The notes under the pieces: generated by a model
The model's database searches: none
Seen by the model: the letters and a program-made list of their open reading frames with translations, nothing else
What the model was told of the DNA's origin: nothing
Shown here: positions 1-12,211 of the stretch, one piece after another
Numbering within the stretch: the stretch's first letter is position 1
Layout of the letters: the number at the start of each line of letters is the position of its first letter
Translations under genes and position numbers: made by a program
Assembly (NCBI GenBank): GCA_973895155.1
Contig: OZ316899.1
Location: 15,217,974 to 15,281,973 of the forward strand
DNA length: 64,000 nucleotides
Source: Marsupella aquatica
Taxonomy: Eukaryota; Plantae; Marchantiophyta
Direction of reading: 5' to 3'

Positions 1-2164
1 TTCGGCAATGGACCTAGGCAGCTCGCAAATTTTGCTCAGCAGCGATGTCACCTAGACCCTAAACACGCAATGCATACATCACCTAGACAACTATACTTGC
101 AGCCACGAGGTGAGTCCGCGATAGGGGATTGAAGGAAGCAGCAAGTCCAGCAAGAAGTGTGGAGAGACCAATCAGTAAGCAAAAATAGGGGAGAACAGAC
201 ATACATCAGCAGCAGCAGGAAACAAGAAAGATGATACTCTGTTCCATCTTAGGGTCGGGGACACTACTGCAACACCGGGACTTAGGATATGACTTGTTTT
301 TAAACTGGAGATAGCATCCGGCAGGCCGACGACCCATGTCAAAAGGGCAGAGCAGCAATCCGCCATGTAGCGATAGACGAGAGCAGCGATTACGATGATG
401 AAAGATGGTCGAAGCTGAAGCAAAACCCCTAAAGATGCAGCTTGGCCATACTCTCCTTCCTCACCTGATAGCGCTAGGCATTCAACCTCCCTCTTCAATG
501 AACCTCACAGTAGCTTGAAGGTCGATAGATTTTACCTCGTCTCCTGAGCAGAAATGTCTGCATTAGCTGAACAGAGCCCGGAACAGAGCTATCGCATTTA
601 GCCTCCCGACTCCAAAATCGAACGCAACACAACCTCCAACTCCCAATGGCAGCTCAGTAGGTTGATCAACTCGATCAATGCAGGTCAGTCGACCTCAATA
701 GCCACACTAGAAGCTCACTGCAAGTCACTCAAAGGTCAGACTAGAAGCTCCGCCGCCTTCACACCGTAGCAAAAAACAATGAGACCAATAGCAATTACGA
801 CAAAGCTTCAAAATGGCAGGTGTGTTCTTCGATCCCCAACAGATTAGCATAGAAATCCCTTGCGCTTCTACCTCCCTCCTCGTTCTACCTTGGGCTCGAA
901 CAAAACTTCAAGGAGGAATAGGGTTCCGGTATGCACTGGACAAGAAGTCAGTGAGTGAGGGTCCCGTAGTCGACGTGAGAAAAGCCGAGAGTAAGCAGAG
1001 TGAGTTCAAGTAGTGGCAGCAGAAGACGAATCAGACGCGCACTCACGCACAATGCACCTCAACACTGAACACAGAGAACTGAACCTAGTGAGAGTCCAGG
1101 TCCTTTGCGTTGACATGAGCCGTCCTAAAGCAAATTGGACACAACACAATATTCCTCCGCCTAGCTCGCAGTGATCCTCCGCCTTGCTTGCAGTAACTAG
1201 CCTCTGCCTAGCTAGTTTGCACTGTCATGGCTGCAACTTTTTGTGCAATGACTTGGCCCTCCTGCCAACTGCGAGCTCCCAAAAGTATGTTGAGCAGATG
1301 TACACTCAGGCACCACCTCGTAGAGCTCAACTCCAAGTCGGAAGCTCTCACTTGAAACTCAATAGCAGCTTAGCTCACCAACAGGTTGAAAAGCGACAAT
1401 GGACTCCCCTCAAAACTGATTGGCAGACCTCCACACTGACGCTCGTAGCTGGCCAATCCTAAACACATTTGCACCCTAAAGTCCAGTCGCGCTCAAATAC
1501 TTTCATTGCCCCCTGCAGGAAGTTCGCGAAGAGTGCAGCTGGAATGAAGGTCGTCGACTCCCAATTTCCCTCGCAAAACCAACCTCCACGGCACACTGAC
1601 CCTGAACACTTAGGGCAAGTAGTACCCCCAAAATCTCTTGCAAAACCAACCTCCAAGGTACACTGACCCTGAGGGAAAGTAGTACCCCTCACATGTGGGC
1701 AGCCATCGAGTGACTTAGCAAACAGGTTGGTTTGGACATAAAAGAACCAATGCAAATGACTTAGCAAAAAGTTCAATGTGGGGAGAGTGCACTTTGGTCA
1801 AGAACAAGGCCAAATATAGTCAGGTATGAATCCACATTATAAGTGAAAGTACCCACCATTCTGATGAAAACCCCCACATTTATACCCATTATATTTGGAC
1901 TTATTGAACCATGAGTGTGCAATATGTAGTTGCACCGGGAGTTGCATATTAGGGATTGGCATCCGAAATTGGCTAATGGGGTATGCATGCTGACGGAATT
2001 TTTAAAAATGATGTCCAATTCATATTGCACTATTGTGGAGTAACTAACATAACTTACCTATTTCTTACTTACCAGTGTTACAATAGCGACATTGGATAAA
2101 GTTGTAAGCATGACTTCCCACAACCTCACCAAAACTTAGTTGGTATGATGTAACTAACATGACA
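1..2164. repeat. Probable large LTR, partial (runs off the left edge), inserted upstream of the chromovirus gag
   Basis: Non-coding, AGCT-rich texture like the 3-kb solo LTRs elsewhere in the window; ends in ...CATGACA (TGTCATG on the minus strand) just before chromovirus leader/gag-like sequence. The other end and the TSD are outside the window. Confidence 0.35.
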
Positions 2165-2683
2165 CCCACAAACTTGGAGTCGCATATTTATGAAGGTCTC
2201 GCACAAGTCACATAGGCGAGGGTCTCAGAATGGGTGGTTTTCTTCTAGTGGAAGCGACGACGAGGCTGAAGCCGAAACAGAGGAAGAGGGTCAGGACCTA
2301 GAGGAGGAACTGATCCCAGCCTTGAGAGGGTTGAATGCGAAACCAGAGGATGATGTCGAGCCGGACGTCATCGTGAATAATTTGACCAAGCAGAACTAGG
2401 ATGACGCGGGTGATACCTCAGTCCCGGGAGGTCATGGTGCTCGCAAGACGCGGGAGGTATCGCCAAAATGCACAAGAGAACCTAAGGACAGGTGGCCCGC
2501 AAAGGAAAGACGGTTGGAGGACCGTCCTCATATAACTCGCAAGGGCCCGGCCGCTGACGACGGTCTAGGTCCGTTGACTCAAGACCAACGACTCATCTAC
2601 AAGCAATTGGAACACAACAAGGGGGCCTCGATTAAGTACTTACTTAGTTTGGGTGGTCAGAGTGGTCGCGTCCCGAGGGGGGA

Positions 2684-3809
2684 ATGGTAGTTGGATGGAG
2701 TATGTTCCAAGTGAACCAGCTACCGACTCCTCCAACTTATGACGGGGCCTACAAACAAAGTGGACAAAAGTTCCTGAGTTGGCTCTCCACGATGGAGATT
2801 CATCTCCCAGCGTGCGTTGAGCGTTCCACTTGGGCTACCGCAGTCGCTCCTTACCTGAAGGACTATGCCTTGACTTGGTACAAGTCATGGAAGAAGTCGC
2901 AAGAGGACTCCTCCTTGCCGTTAACTTGGGAAAACTTGGTTGAGGGTCTCCGTGCTCATGTCACCACTAAGTACCCGGAGCGGCACGCTCAGAAATGTGT
3001 AACGGAGATGAGCTTCAGGGGTGATATCCAAAAGTTCATCACTTATTACCAAAATCAGTTGGCGTGTATCCCGGCGGGACAAGAGACCCTACATACACAG
3101 CTTCACAACTTTAGCGTGAAGCTCCCGCTGTTGCTCAGGGAAAAGTTGCAGGAAAAACATCATGAGTTCAAAACGCTTTCTGATGCCTTTGACAAGGCCA
3201 CTACGTTGGTGAATAACCGACCGGACTTGGCAAAGGTGGGTGGCAAGGGATCCGAGGGGGAAGCTGGGAAAGCAAAATCTCCCGGGACTAAGCGTAAGCA
3301 ACTTGAGGGGGGCGGGGGCCGGTGGTTCAAATCCCCAGCCCCAGAATGGAGAAGCTAAGCAAAACCGGAAGGCCGGCAACTTCAAGAAAGGAGCCTCATC
3401 GGCACAACAAACAAAGAAGCAGGCAACCATGGAGCAGAGGCGGGCTGAAGGTTCGTGCTTCACGTGTGGTGCCATGGGCCATCAAAGTAAGGATTGTTCC
3501 ACGAAAGGTGGCAAGCCAAACGGAGATGGTGGAGGGCAGAAGAGCATTAAGGTAAGTATTGCTCTAACCAAACCCTTAGTAGCTGACAAGGTCCCTGTAG
3601 GGGATGTCCCTGACGGAGAGAGGGTGTTGTTGCGAGAGAAGATACCTAAAGTTAAGACAAGGGATCCTGAAAAACTGATTTTTGTGAATGTCACTTCTAA
3701 CGGTAATCTGGGCGTTGCTTTGGTGGATACAGGCGCGACCGCCTGCTTCATAAGTGGGCAGGCGGCAGCTTGTCTTGGGGTGGACGTGCAAGAGTTGCTA
3801 AACCGTTAG
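2684..3809 (+). pseudogene. gag: Chromovirus gag (capsid and CCHC knuckle) plus aspartic protease, frameshifted
   Basis: ORF 2684-3358 is retrotransposon-gag-like (YLKDYALTWY); ORF 3240-3809 has CFTCGAMGHQSKDC and ALVDTGAT. Confidence 0.88.
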
Positions 3810-5556
3810 TGTGCAAGTTCGCCAACAACACGAAGGGGAAAGTGTCGAGAGTAGTGCATAGACTTTGGGTAGAGGTCATAGGCAAACAACAAAATTTTGT
3901 TAGTCAAGAGATGTTCTACGTTCTAGACGGTCTAGCCGTAGACTTCATTTTTTTGGTAGGTTATCTTAGAAAGCACAATGTTACCTTGAAACCGGGGTGT
4001 GAGGTGCTCCATTTTCCCAATAAGGGCGGTGAGCCCATCGTTGTACACGAAATTACCAAAAATAAAGAAAGATTTCTTAAAGTAAGTAAAGTGTCGTGGA
4101 TGTCTCCGTGTGTATCGGCAAAGCAATGGTGGAAAGACTTCAAGGGTGGACATGAATGTGTCTTCTTTCATCTCCACCCAACTAAGGAGGTTGCGTCGCA
4201 GCCAAAGGTCAAGTCAGCTAAGGTCGGGCCCGACTGCGGTCAAATTCCTGAAATTTTAGAGGAATTCAACAACGTGCTCTTGCAAAAGCTACCTAAAGGT
4301 TTACCCTCGCGGAGAGAAGTGGATCACCAAGTTCCTTATCGTCTGAACCTGAACAAGCGAATGATGTTGAAGAACGCCATGGAAGAGTTGATCGACCAAG
4401 GGTTCATTCGCCCTAGTAAGAGTCCTTACGGGGCGCCCGCGTTGTTTGTGTCCAAAAAGGATGGTACTTTGAGATTGTGCGCAGATTACCGGGCGCTCAA
4501 TAAGCAAACGGTAAAGAACAAGTACCCTTTACCTCATATCATGGATGACCTCTTTGATTGCCTCTCCGGGGCTAAGAAGTTTTCAAAGGTGGACTTGCGG
4601 TCTGGGTATTACCAGATCCGCATGGCTAAGGGAGACGAGTATAAGACCGCAATGCGCACAAGGTTCGGATCCTATGAGTTTTTGGTTATGCCGGTTGGGT
4701 TGTGTAATGCAACCGCAACATTCATGAAGATGATGAATACCATCTTTCATGACTTGTTGGACCAAGGAGTGGTCATCTTTATTGACGACATCCTAATCTA
4801 CTCGAAAACGTTGGAGGAACATGAGCAGTTGCTCAGACAAGTGTTCTCTTGCCTTCGTAAGGCTCGTCTCTTTCCTAAACCTAGCAAGTGCGAGTTTGCG
4901 ATGAACGAGATTAAGTTCCTCGGCCATACCTTTACCCCATAAGGGATTATGCCTAGTCAAGACAAGCTTAAGGAGATCAAAGAATGGGAGCGCCCTCCAA
5001 TGTAAGGCAAGTTAGAGCCTTCTTAGGATTTACGGGGTTCTATCGGAGATACATGAAAGACTCTGCAAGGATCGCGAGGCCCCTAAACACGCTAACGTTG
5101 AAAAATAAAGTGTTTGTGTGGACTCAGGATTGCGAGTTAGCATTCCTGGAACTTAAGCGGCTAATGATAACGCCGCCGGTTCTAAAGTTACCTGAGATGG
5201 GGAAACCGTTCGAGATTTGGACAGACGCAAGTGATTATGCCCTTGGCGCCTGTCTTCACCAAGATGGGCATCTTGTGGCTTTTGAGTCATGTAAGTTGGA
5301 AAATCATTGGATCACACCGGAAAGGGAAATGTATGCTATGATCTATGCATTGAAGAAGTGGGAGATTTACCTTAAGAACGGTCATAAAGTGGTAATCCAC
5401 ACAGATAGCTCGTCGGCCGGGTATTTCAGTTCTAAGCCAAGACTGAACCCCAAGGAAATGCGCTGGCAGATGTTCTTGGCAGATTTCAATTTCGAGTCCG
5501 CCACATTTCAGGGAAGACAAATACAGCAGCGGACGTGTTATCGCATTATCGCGTAA
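3770..5556 (+). pseudogene. pol: Chromovirus reverse transcriptase and RNase H
   Basis: [25 protein letters not shown] and FIDDILIYS (RT); WTDASDYALGA (RH); stop/frameshift at ~4942-4984. Confidence 0.93.
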
Positions 5557-5584
5557 GGACCAACATCGTGTCAATGGGATCACG

Positions 5585-6661
5585 ATGCTCAAATCCGAGT
5601 GGCCAAAGGTTCTGGCCGTGGCGTATGGGGATGACAGGTTAGCTAAGGAATGGCAAAGCAATGGGGGTAGCCAAGGCAAGGTAAGGCACGTATTGTTGGG
5701 GTTGGATATGACGCATAATGTTCAGTTATGGCGGTACAAGCAGAGGCGTGTGTACATACCAGAGTCTCTAAGGTTAGAGGTTCTGCAAAAGTACCACAAC
5801 TCGCCCTGGGGAGGGCATGGAGGACAAGCCGCTACGTATCGCAGCATGTCGCAAGATGTGTATTGGCCGGACATGAAGCAATCGGTCCTTCAACACGTGC
5901 AAAGTTGTTACTCATGCCAAAAGAACCAAACGGTCTATAGAGCAAAAGGAGGATTGTTGCAACCATTACCAATAGCTGCGGCTCCATGGGAGTCTATCTC
6001 CATGGACTTCATTGTTGGGTTACCTGAGTCCCATGGCAGTAACTCCATCTTAACAATCGTGGATCATTTTTCCAAGATGACGTATTTCTTGCCTACTACA
6101 AAGATGGTTTCGGCCCGAGAGGTTGCCGGTCTAGTGTTTGATAATGTCTTCCAACAATGGGGATTACCGTTGCATATCCTGTCCAATCGCGATACCAAGT
6201 TCACGGGCCATTTCTGGAAGGCGTTGTTCTGGTTATCCGGAACAGACCTGACTAGGGGATCAACGTCTCATCATGAGACAGATGGCCAAACGGAATGGGT
6301 TAATGGTATCATGGAGGACTACTTGCGTCACTTTGTGATGGCCAATCAAAAGGATTGGGCAAAGCATTTAACGATGGCCGAGTTTAGGTATAACGCGACC
6401 AAGCATTCGGCAACAGGGTTTGCGCCGTTTGTGTTGGCCATAGGGAGGACGCCAAGGGCGCCCTCCTGGTTTATAAATCCGGAAGCTTGGCGGACGGAAA
6501 GCAAGGTTCCTTCTATGGACAATTTTATTCGAGAGCGGCACCTAGTTGTGGAAGCGGCTACCAAGGGTATGACCCTTGCCCAAAGTCGGTACAAGGAGCA
6601 AGGGGATAAACATCAACGACAGCTACCCTTAAAATTTGGGAGAGCATTTGGTTGCAGTTGA
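5585..6661 (+). pseudogene. pol: Chromovirus integrase
   Basis: HHCC (HNSPWGGH...CYSC), WESISMDFIVGLP, HHETDGQTE. Confidence 0.92.
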
Positions 6662-7035
6662 GACCTAAGCAATACCACGGGAACATAAGTAGGAAGTTGG
6701 CTCCCAGATATGCGGGGCCCTATCGCATTATACGATGGGCCCACAAGGATAATCCGGTTTTGGTGGTGTTCAAGACACCCAAGGAAATGGGCGTGGGCAA
6801 AAGCTACCATGTTAGCCGGCTCAAGAAGTTTGTCAAAGACGTTGAGGAGTTTGAGGTGGAGGCAATTCTGGACCACCGTTACAATCGCAAGTTGGGAAGG
6901 CAAATCTTAGAGTATTTGGTGAAGTGGGCTGGCTATGAGCAGGCCAAGAGTACTTGGGAACTGGAGGAAAATTTGGGTAATGCCTCAGAGATCCTTGGAA
7001 GCTATCGTAAGCGAAGCGGCCTACTACCGTTGTGA
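6652..7035 (+). pseudogene. Integrase C-terminus: GPY/F motif and chromodomain
   Basis: KLAPRYAGPY followed by EEFEVEAILDHR...EYLVKWAGYEQAKSTWELEENL, a canonical chromodomain pattern. Confidence 0.92.
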
Positions 7036-7458
7036 ACTGGTACAGGCAGCTGTAGCTATCTTTGAGTTGTATCCTAGTTTCACTCCTCTCGGCCTCTTAA
7101 GGATAAAGTCGGATTGTGTTGGTGCTAGAGGTTGTTGGGCGGCCGATTTGCTTTTTGCAAGTGGAAGTTGATGGTGCTTGCCCTACATCTATGGGCGGGC
7201 TGGTTCGAACCAAAGGGGGAGTACCCCCAAGGGAAGGACAATGGGTTCGACGAGTTTGGAGTTAGCTTACCCATTTGGACTGGCATCCTACTTGGATAAG
7301 TGGGATAGGTTGGAATTTCCTAAGTCTGGAATGCGCATACCAAGCTGGTTGCATCAGCCTTATGGCAAACCATTTGTTACCTCATAAAAAATTTAAGGCC
7401 CAAAGTGGTCTAGGCGTGCTGGAACGTTTACTGAGGTCACGCGGACGTGACCATTTTT

Positions 7459-7467
7459 AAGGGGGGG
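7459..7467 (+). promoter_or_regulatory. Polypurine tract of the chromovirus
   Basis: AAGGGGGGG immediately before TGCAAG at 7468. Confidence 0.75.
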
Positions 7468-7565
7468 TGCAAGTCGCAGAACTCAATTACCTTAACACTT
7501 AGCTCCGACATCGCTGACTCCGACACCGAGCTCCCTTATGGTCCAGGCCCGGATAGGCCATCCGG
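7468..7565 (+). repeat. Chromovirus 3' LTR, left part
   Basis: Starts with TG right after the PPT; interrupted after CCGG by the nested element. Confidence 0.7.
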
Positions 7566-8326
7566 TGTCATGCCGAATGATTTCGGCTCAAGAATGGCTT
7601 TTATAGGGGATGATGGACGAGGCCTCCCGGTTGGGTTGCATGCATGCTGACTCAGAGGGGTTGCTTGGTTGGATGGATTGAGGTTTGGTGATTGGGTGAC
7701 TCGTCGTCACCAGGTTTGGTGTTTGGGTGAGTCACCAGGCTTGGAGTTTGGATGAGCCTCGCTGATGGCAACTGGCTCAGGCTGGATGGTTGGGTTTCTG
7801 ATGCTACTTAAGACTTGAGCCTCAGCTCATTGAGGTTGACGGTTGTCTATTGAGGTCGGTTGAGTTACGCTCCGTTCTGCGGGCCTCGGCTGTCGTGCGT
7901 TGGTTTTGGAGTTTGGAGTGAGTTTTCGATCCAGGCAAGGAGTTTTCGATCCAGGCGGGGAGTTTCTCGAGTCTGGAGTCTCGTTGGTCCAGGCCCGAGT
8001 TCCGTGCGAGCTGTTTTAGACTAGTGGAGTAGCTAGTCGAGTTTTGGTTTTGTGAGCTAAGGAAGATAGTTTTTCCGTCATATTTCGAGTAGTTAGTCAC
8101 TCAAGGAGTTCTACCCGACAAGTTAGAGGTAGCAGCCCGCCGTAGGGCCAACTACCAGACTCTTGCGGGCAAGCTTACTCGAGGGCACCTATTGTAACCT
8201 TTGTGAGAAAAGTAAAAAATTAAAAGGAGTGAGAGTTCACTCCGAAAAGTGCTTGTCACCTGTCCTGATCGCAGCCAGAAGCGTGTAGTTTGCCCGAGGA
8301 GCCCCTAACTTAAAGTCCACGCGACA
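7566..8326 (+). repeat. 5' LTR of the nested Gypsy element
   Basis: Direct repeat of 14216-14976 with about 30 substitutions by manual count (~96% identity) and no indels. Confidence 0.96.
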
Positions 8327-8327
8327 T

Positions 8328-8345
8328 TGGCAACCATACTGGGGA
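8328..8345 (+). promoter_or_regulatory. Primer binding site, tRNA-Arg-like
   Basis: TGGCAACCATACTGGGGA begins 1 nt after the LTR end and resembles the TGGCGACT..CTGGGGA PBS of plant non-chromoviruses; the tRNA identity is inferred. Confidence 0.6.
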
Positions 8346-8349
8346 TTCC

Positions 8350-9890
8350 TTGAGGCGATTGGATGAGATGGGTGACTATGATGAAGTCGATCGGATATCG
8401 AGCATCGTCATGTCGATGATGAGAACCATAAGGAAGGAAGAGCTTGAGTCGGAAAGGGCGAACAAAGAAGCGAATAGAACTACTCGATGTCTCCAAGAGG
8501 TTCTGAAGGAGAATGGGCAGTTCGATGGGAGAAATGTGACAAGCTACCTTAAGTCTTACCTGACAGAGGCAGCTGTCTACAAGTTGGACGAAGGGACAGC
8601 CGTGAAAGAGTTCATGGTGCTGGTTGAGAAGGAGTTGAGTTTGACGGTGCGAACCATCGTTGAGTCAGCTGAGGGCTGGGATGATTTCGACCAGAAGATG
8701 AAAGAGGAGTTCCAAGCTGAGGATGTTGATCGGGTCACGCAGGCTACCTTCTTGGATTGGGTGAATGACAAGAACAAGAAGCTGAAGGGGAGTTCAAGAG
8801 AAGGGTGTCTCAGTTACCAAAGCGGGATGTGGGAATCATCGAGTTGCAGTGCTCGAAGCTCTTCTTGCGGGCAGCCGATGAGGACCTTCAAGAAGAGCTT
8901 GAGAACGCGATGGAGCTGCTGGAACCTTCGAGAGTTACCTTGTCTAACGACTGGAACCAAGTTGAGAAAGTGATGTCGAAAGTGAGCAATCGACATCGGC
9001 TGCGAGAGCTAGACAAGGAGGCTACCACTCTCGACCTAAGGCCGTCGGAACCAATATTGAGGAAAGGGAAGTGGGAACCAGCGAAGGATGAGATCAAACC
9101 ATCGGTGGATGATCTCGCAGAAATGATGCAGAACCTAAAGATCTTGGCGGCACATGCGGTCAAGAATCCAAAACCGAGGGTTGCGAGTGCTCCCGAGAGG
9201 AAGCGAGAGATGCAGAGTTGGCCATGCATGTGGTGCAACAGCAAAGAGCATGACAAACGGGAGTGCCTGGACCTGAGGGAAGCTGCGGATAAAGGGCTGA
9301 TCAAGTTCGTCGGTGAAGTTGGTCAGAAAAAGATATCGTTTGCCGATACTGAAGAACCAATCCCATTCAACTCCAACAAGGGAGGCATGAAGGCTTTGGC
9401 TGAGAAGCGAGCTGGGAAGCGAGTCGAAGAGGCATCCTCTTCGCACCTGGAAGCGAATGTTTACAATGTGGAGTTGGATGGCCCCGTGACGGAAACGGAC
9501 AAGTTTTACAAGCGCTTAGCGGATCTGGTGCGAGAGAGATCTGGATGGAGTGACCCGGTGCTGATCAATGCGATAACGGTTGAGGTTGGGGCTAGTTGGG
9601 ATGCCTTGGTCGAGTCAAAAAGGAAGAAAACCGACGAGGATGACACTCCATCTCAATCAGGGGAACGAGAGAGGCGGGACACTCGAGACAAGGAAAGGAG
9701 GGTTAGGTTCAAAGAAGAGGAAATGAGCGAGAAAGAGCCGGAGAAAGGGAAACCGATCAGGAAGGACCCGGGCTGGGTGCTTGGCAAGGACGTGGACCAG
9801 ACCATGTACCCGGAGGTTGTAGCTGAGAAGTTCTGGAGCCAACAGGCTCAAGGGTTTACCAACACCGAGTTCTTTGGCAGTATGAGGTGA
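8350..9890 (+). pseudogene. gag: gag of the nested element, frameshifted
   Basis: GQFDGRNVTSYLKSY capsid-like segment; CMWCNSKEHDKREC zinc knuckle. Confidence 0.8.
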
Positions 9891-9908
9891 GAGATCCAGG
9901 AAGCGATC

Positions 9909-10775
9909 TTGGAGAGATCCAAGAGGAAACGGATTTACAAGGAGGGCCCTCACACCTTGATGGGGGAGGCTGGCGAGACGGAAATTGGGATTTTCCGAAC
10001 TTACACTGCTGGGGTGTCCATGGGTTCAGGTAGTAAGCTTGCTGTCCCCGAAGAGTCAAACTTGGGAAAACCGAAGAGGGTCAAGTCCCTTGAAGAGGAG
10101 CTCATGAACTTGGACGATGAGTTCTTTGATGCGGAGGAGGAGCTCATGGGAGCCGGAAGCGAAGCTGAGTTTGTGGCAAATAGGGACCCGACCGAATGGG
10201 GAGAACGGGAAAGCATTACCACGGAGTCAAGGACTATTCATGTCATGGGCTCAATGAAGGGAAACGGTTATGCTTACCGGGATGGATACTGGGCTCGAGC
10301 AAGTCCGGAGAGCGAGTGCCAATTGGAAGGAATGGAAGGCAAGGTGCGGGCGCTCATTGATACTGGCTCGGAGTTCAACTTGATGGATCCAAAGGTGTTT
10401 CAAAAAGGGAATTGGCCGGTGGACAATGAGTTTCTTTGGAGTGTGAACTCGGTCAGTTCAATGAAGGACTATCTTTGGGGTGGATGTTCGAATGTGATGG
10501 TGAAGTTCGGGAATGTCAAGCAGGCTTGCAACATTTTTGTTCATGAGCACTTGTCGTTTCCGGTGATACTGGGCATGCCGTTCATCACTGAATGGAGGAT
10601 GGAGACAAAGGTTCTAGATGATACTACCTTCATGGTGAAGGTTCGGAGCAAAGATGGGAAAGAGGTGGTTCAATTTCTGGCTGTTTTACCTGGAAACGAG
10701 AGGAATAGGAAAGGGTTGAGGACTGAGAGTGTCGATTCCGGTCCAGGTCCGGAAAACGACTTGGCACTTCGTTGA
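9909..10775 (+). pseudogene. pol: Aspartic protease region of the nested element
   Basis: VRALIDTGSEFNLM ... VILGMPF. Confidence 0.88.
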
Positions 10776-12178
10776 AAAGAGTGGATCAGCGGAGTGCTCA
10801 TTCCTTAGCTCCTTGTGAAGGGGAAAACACGATGGATAATGGAGAGGAAGAGCCACTCGAATGTGCGGAGTCTAACTTGGGAATGGACAAGCTGGAGAAA
10901 GAGTTGGAAAGGCAGTACTCGTCTATGGCCGTGCTTGTATACTCGAGTACCAAATACAAAACGGTCGACAAGAAGGTGAGGCCGGCGGCGATACCTTTGC
11001 CGGACGATGCGATGGAGGTTATGGATCGAGCAAGATTGGAACCAAGGCTGAGGCCAACTGATCGGATAGGGCATAAGTTTACTCAAGAGAGTTTGGCAAA
11101 GCTAAAGATTGGTTCGGATGGGTACTTACGGAGGTGGAGCAATTGGCATTTTGAAAAAATGATAATGGAGCATGGTAAGGCATTCTCGTTTTCGATTGAG
11201 GAGATTGGTTGTGCGGATCCGAGTAAGGTGACACCGATGGTCATCTTTACCATCCCTCATGTTCTGTGGGATCTGAAACCGATTTCGGTTCCGCGGGCTT
11301 TAGCTCCAAAGCTTGCGAAACTGCTTAAGGAGAAGCTGAGTGCTAGGATTCTTGAGAGGTCTGATGCTCCCTACTCGAACAGATGGTTTACGGTGAGAAA
11401 GAAGAATGGAAGCTTGAGGTTCATTTAGGATATGCAACCTCCGAACAAGGTGACCATCAGGAATGTGGGAGTTGGGCCACTCGTGGATGAGTTTGCGGAG
11501 GAGTTCGCTGGAAGGGCGATCTACTCCATGGGTGATTTGTTTTCGGGTTACGACCAGTTCCAGTTGGCGCAAGAGAGCCGAGACATTATGACTATGAGGA
11601 CTCCGTTGGGCCTCTTGAGGATGTGCACTCTTCCTCAAGGGGCGACGAACTCAGTTACGCACATGCAAAATGCAATGAGCAAAATCCTGGAGCCGTTCAT
11701 TCTGGAAAAAGCGAGACCGTTTATTGACAATGTCCCGATAAAAGGGTGCTTGGCTGAAGGGAGGGATGAGACCTTGAGAAGTGATGGGATCCGGCAGTTT
11801 GTGTGGGATCACATTGCGGATGTTAAGGCGGTTCTCGAGAAGCTGATTGATGTGGGAGTCACTCTTTCGGGGGAGAAGTCTGAATTCGGGATGAAAGAGG
11901 TGAAAGTCGTTGGGCAAATGTGCGGATCTTATGGGAGGAAGCCAAACATGGATAAGGTGAGAGCTATTAGCGAGATGAAGGATTGCAAATTGGTGCCGGA
12001 AGTTCAAAGGTTTCTAGGTGCTTGTGTCTTTTACAAGATCTGGATCCCTCACTTCTCGCACCTGGCGGACCCGCTCTATGAGCTATTGAGGAAAAAGGTT
12101 AAGTGGAGATGGCTACCCAAGCATAGTGAAGCAATGGCTAAGCTTAAGAGCGCTCTCATGAGCCCACCAGTTCTCTGA
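10772..12178 (+). pseudogene. pol: Reverse transcriptase of the nested element
   Basis: DLFSGYDQ, LPQGATNS, FIDNV (the usual DD reads DN); in-frame stop at 11426-11428. Confidence 0.9.
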
Positions 12179-12211
12179 GCTGCGGACTATGAGAGCGGGC
12201 GACCACTGATC

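Noticed and set aside
3300-3360. Programmed ribosomal frameshift within the chromovirus gag
   Set aside because: The shift falls near a G-run in an element with several other frameshifts and stops; decay is the simpler explanation.
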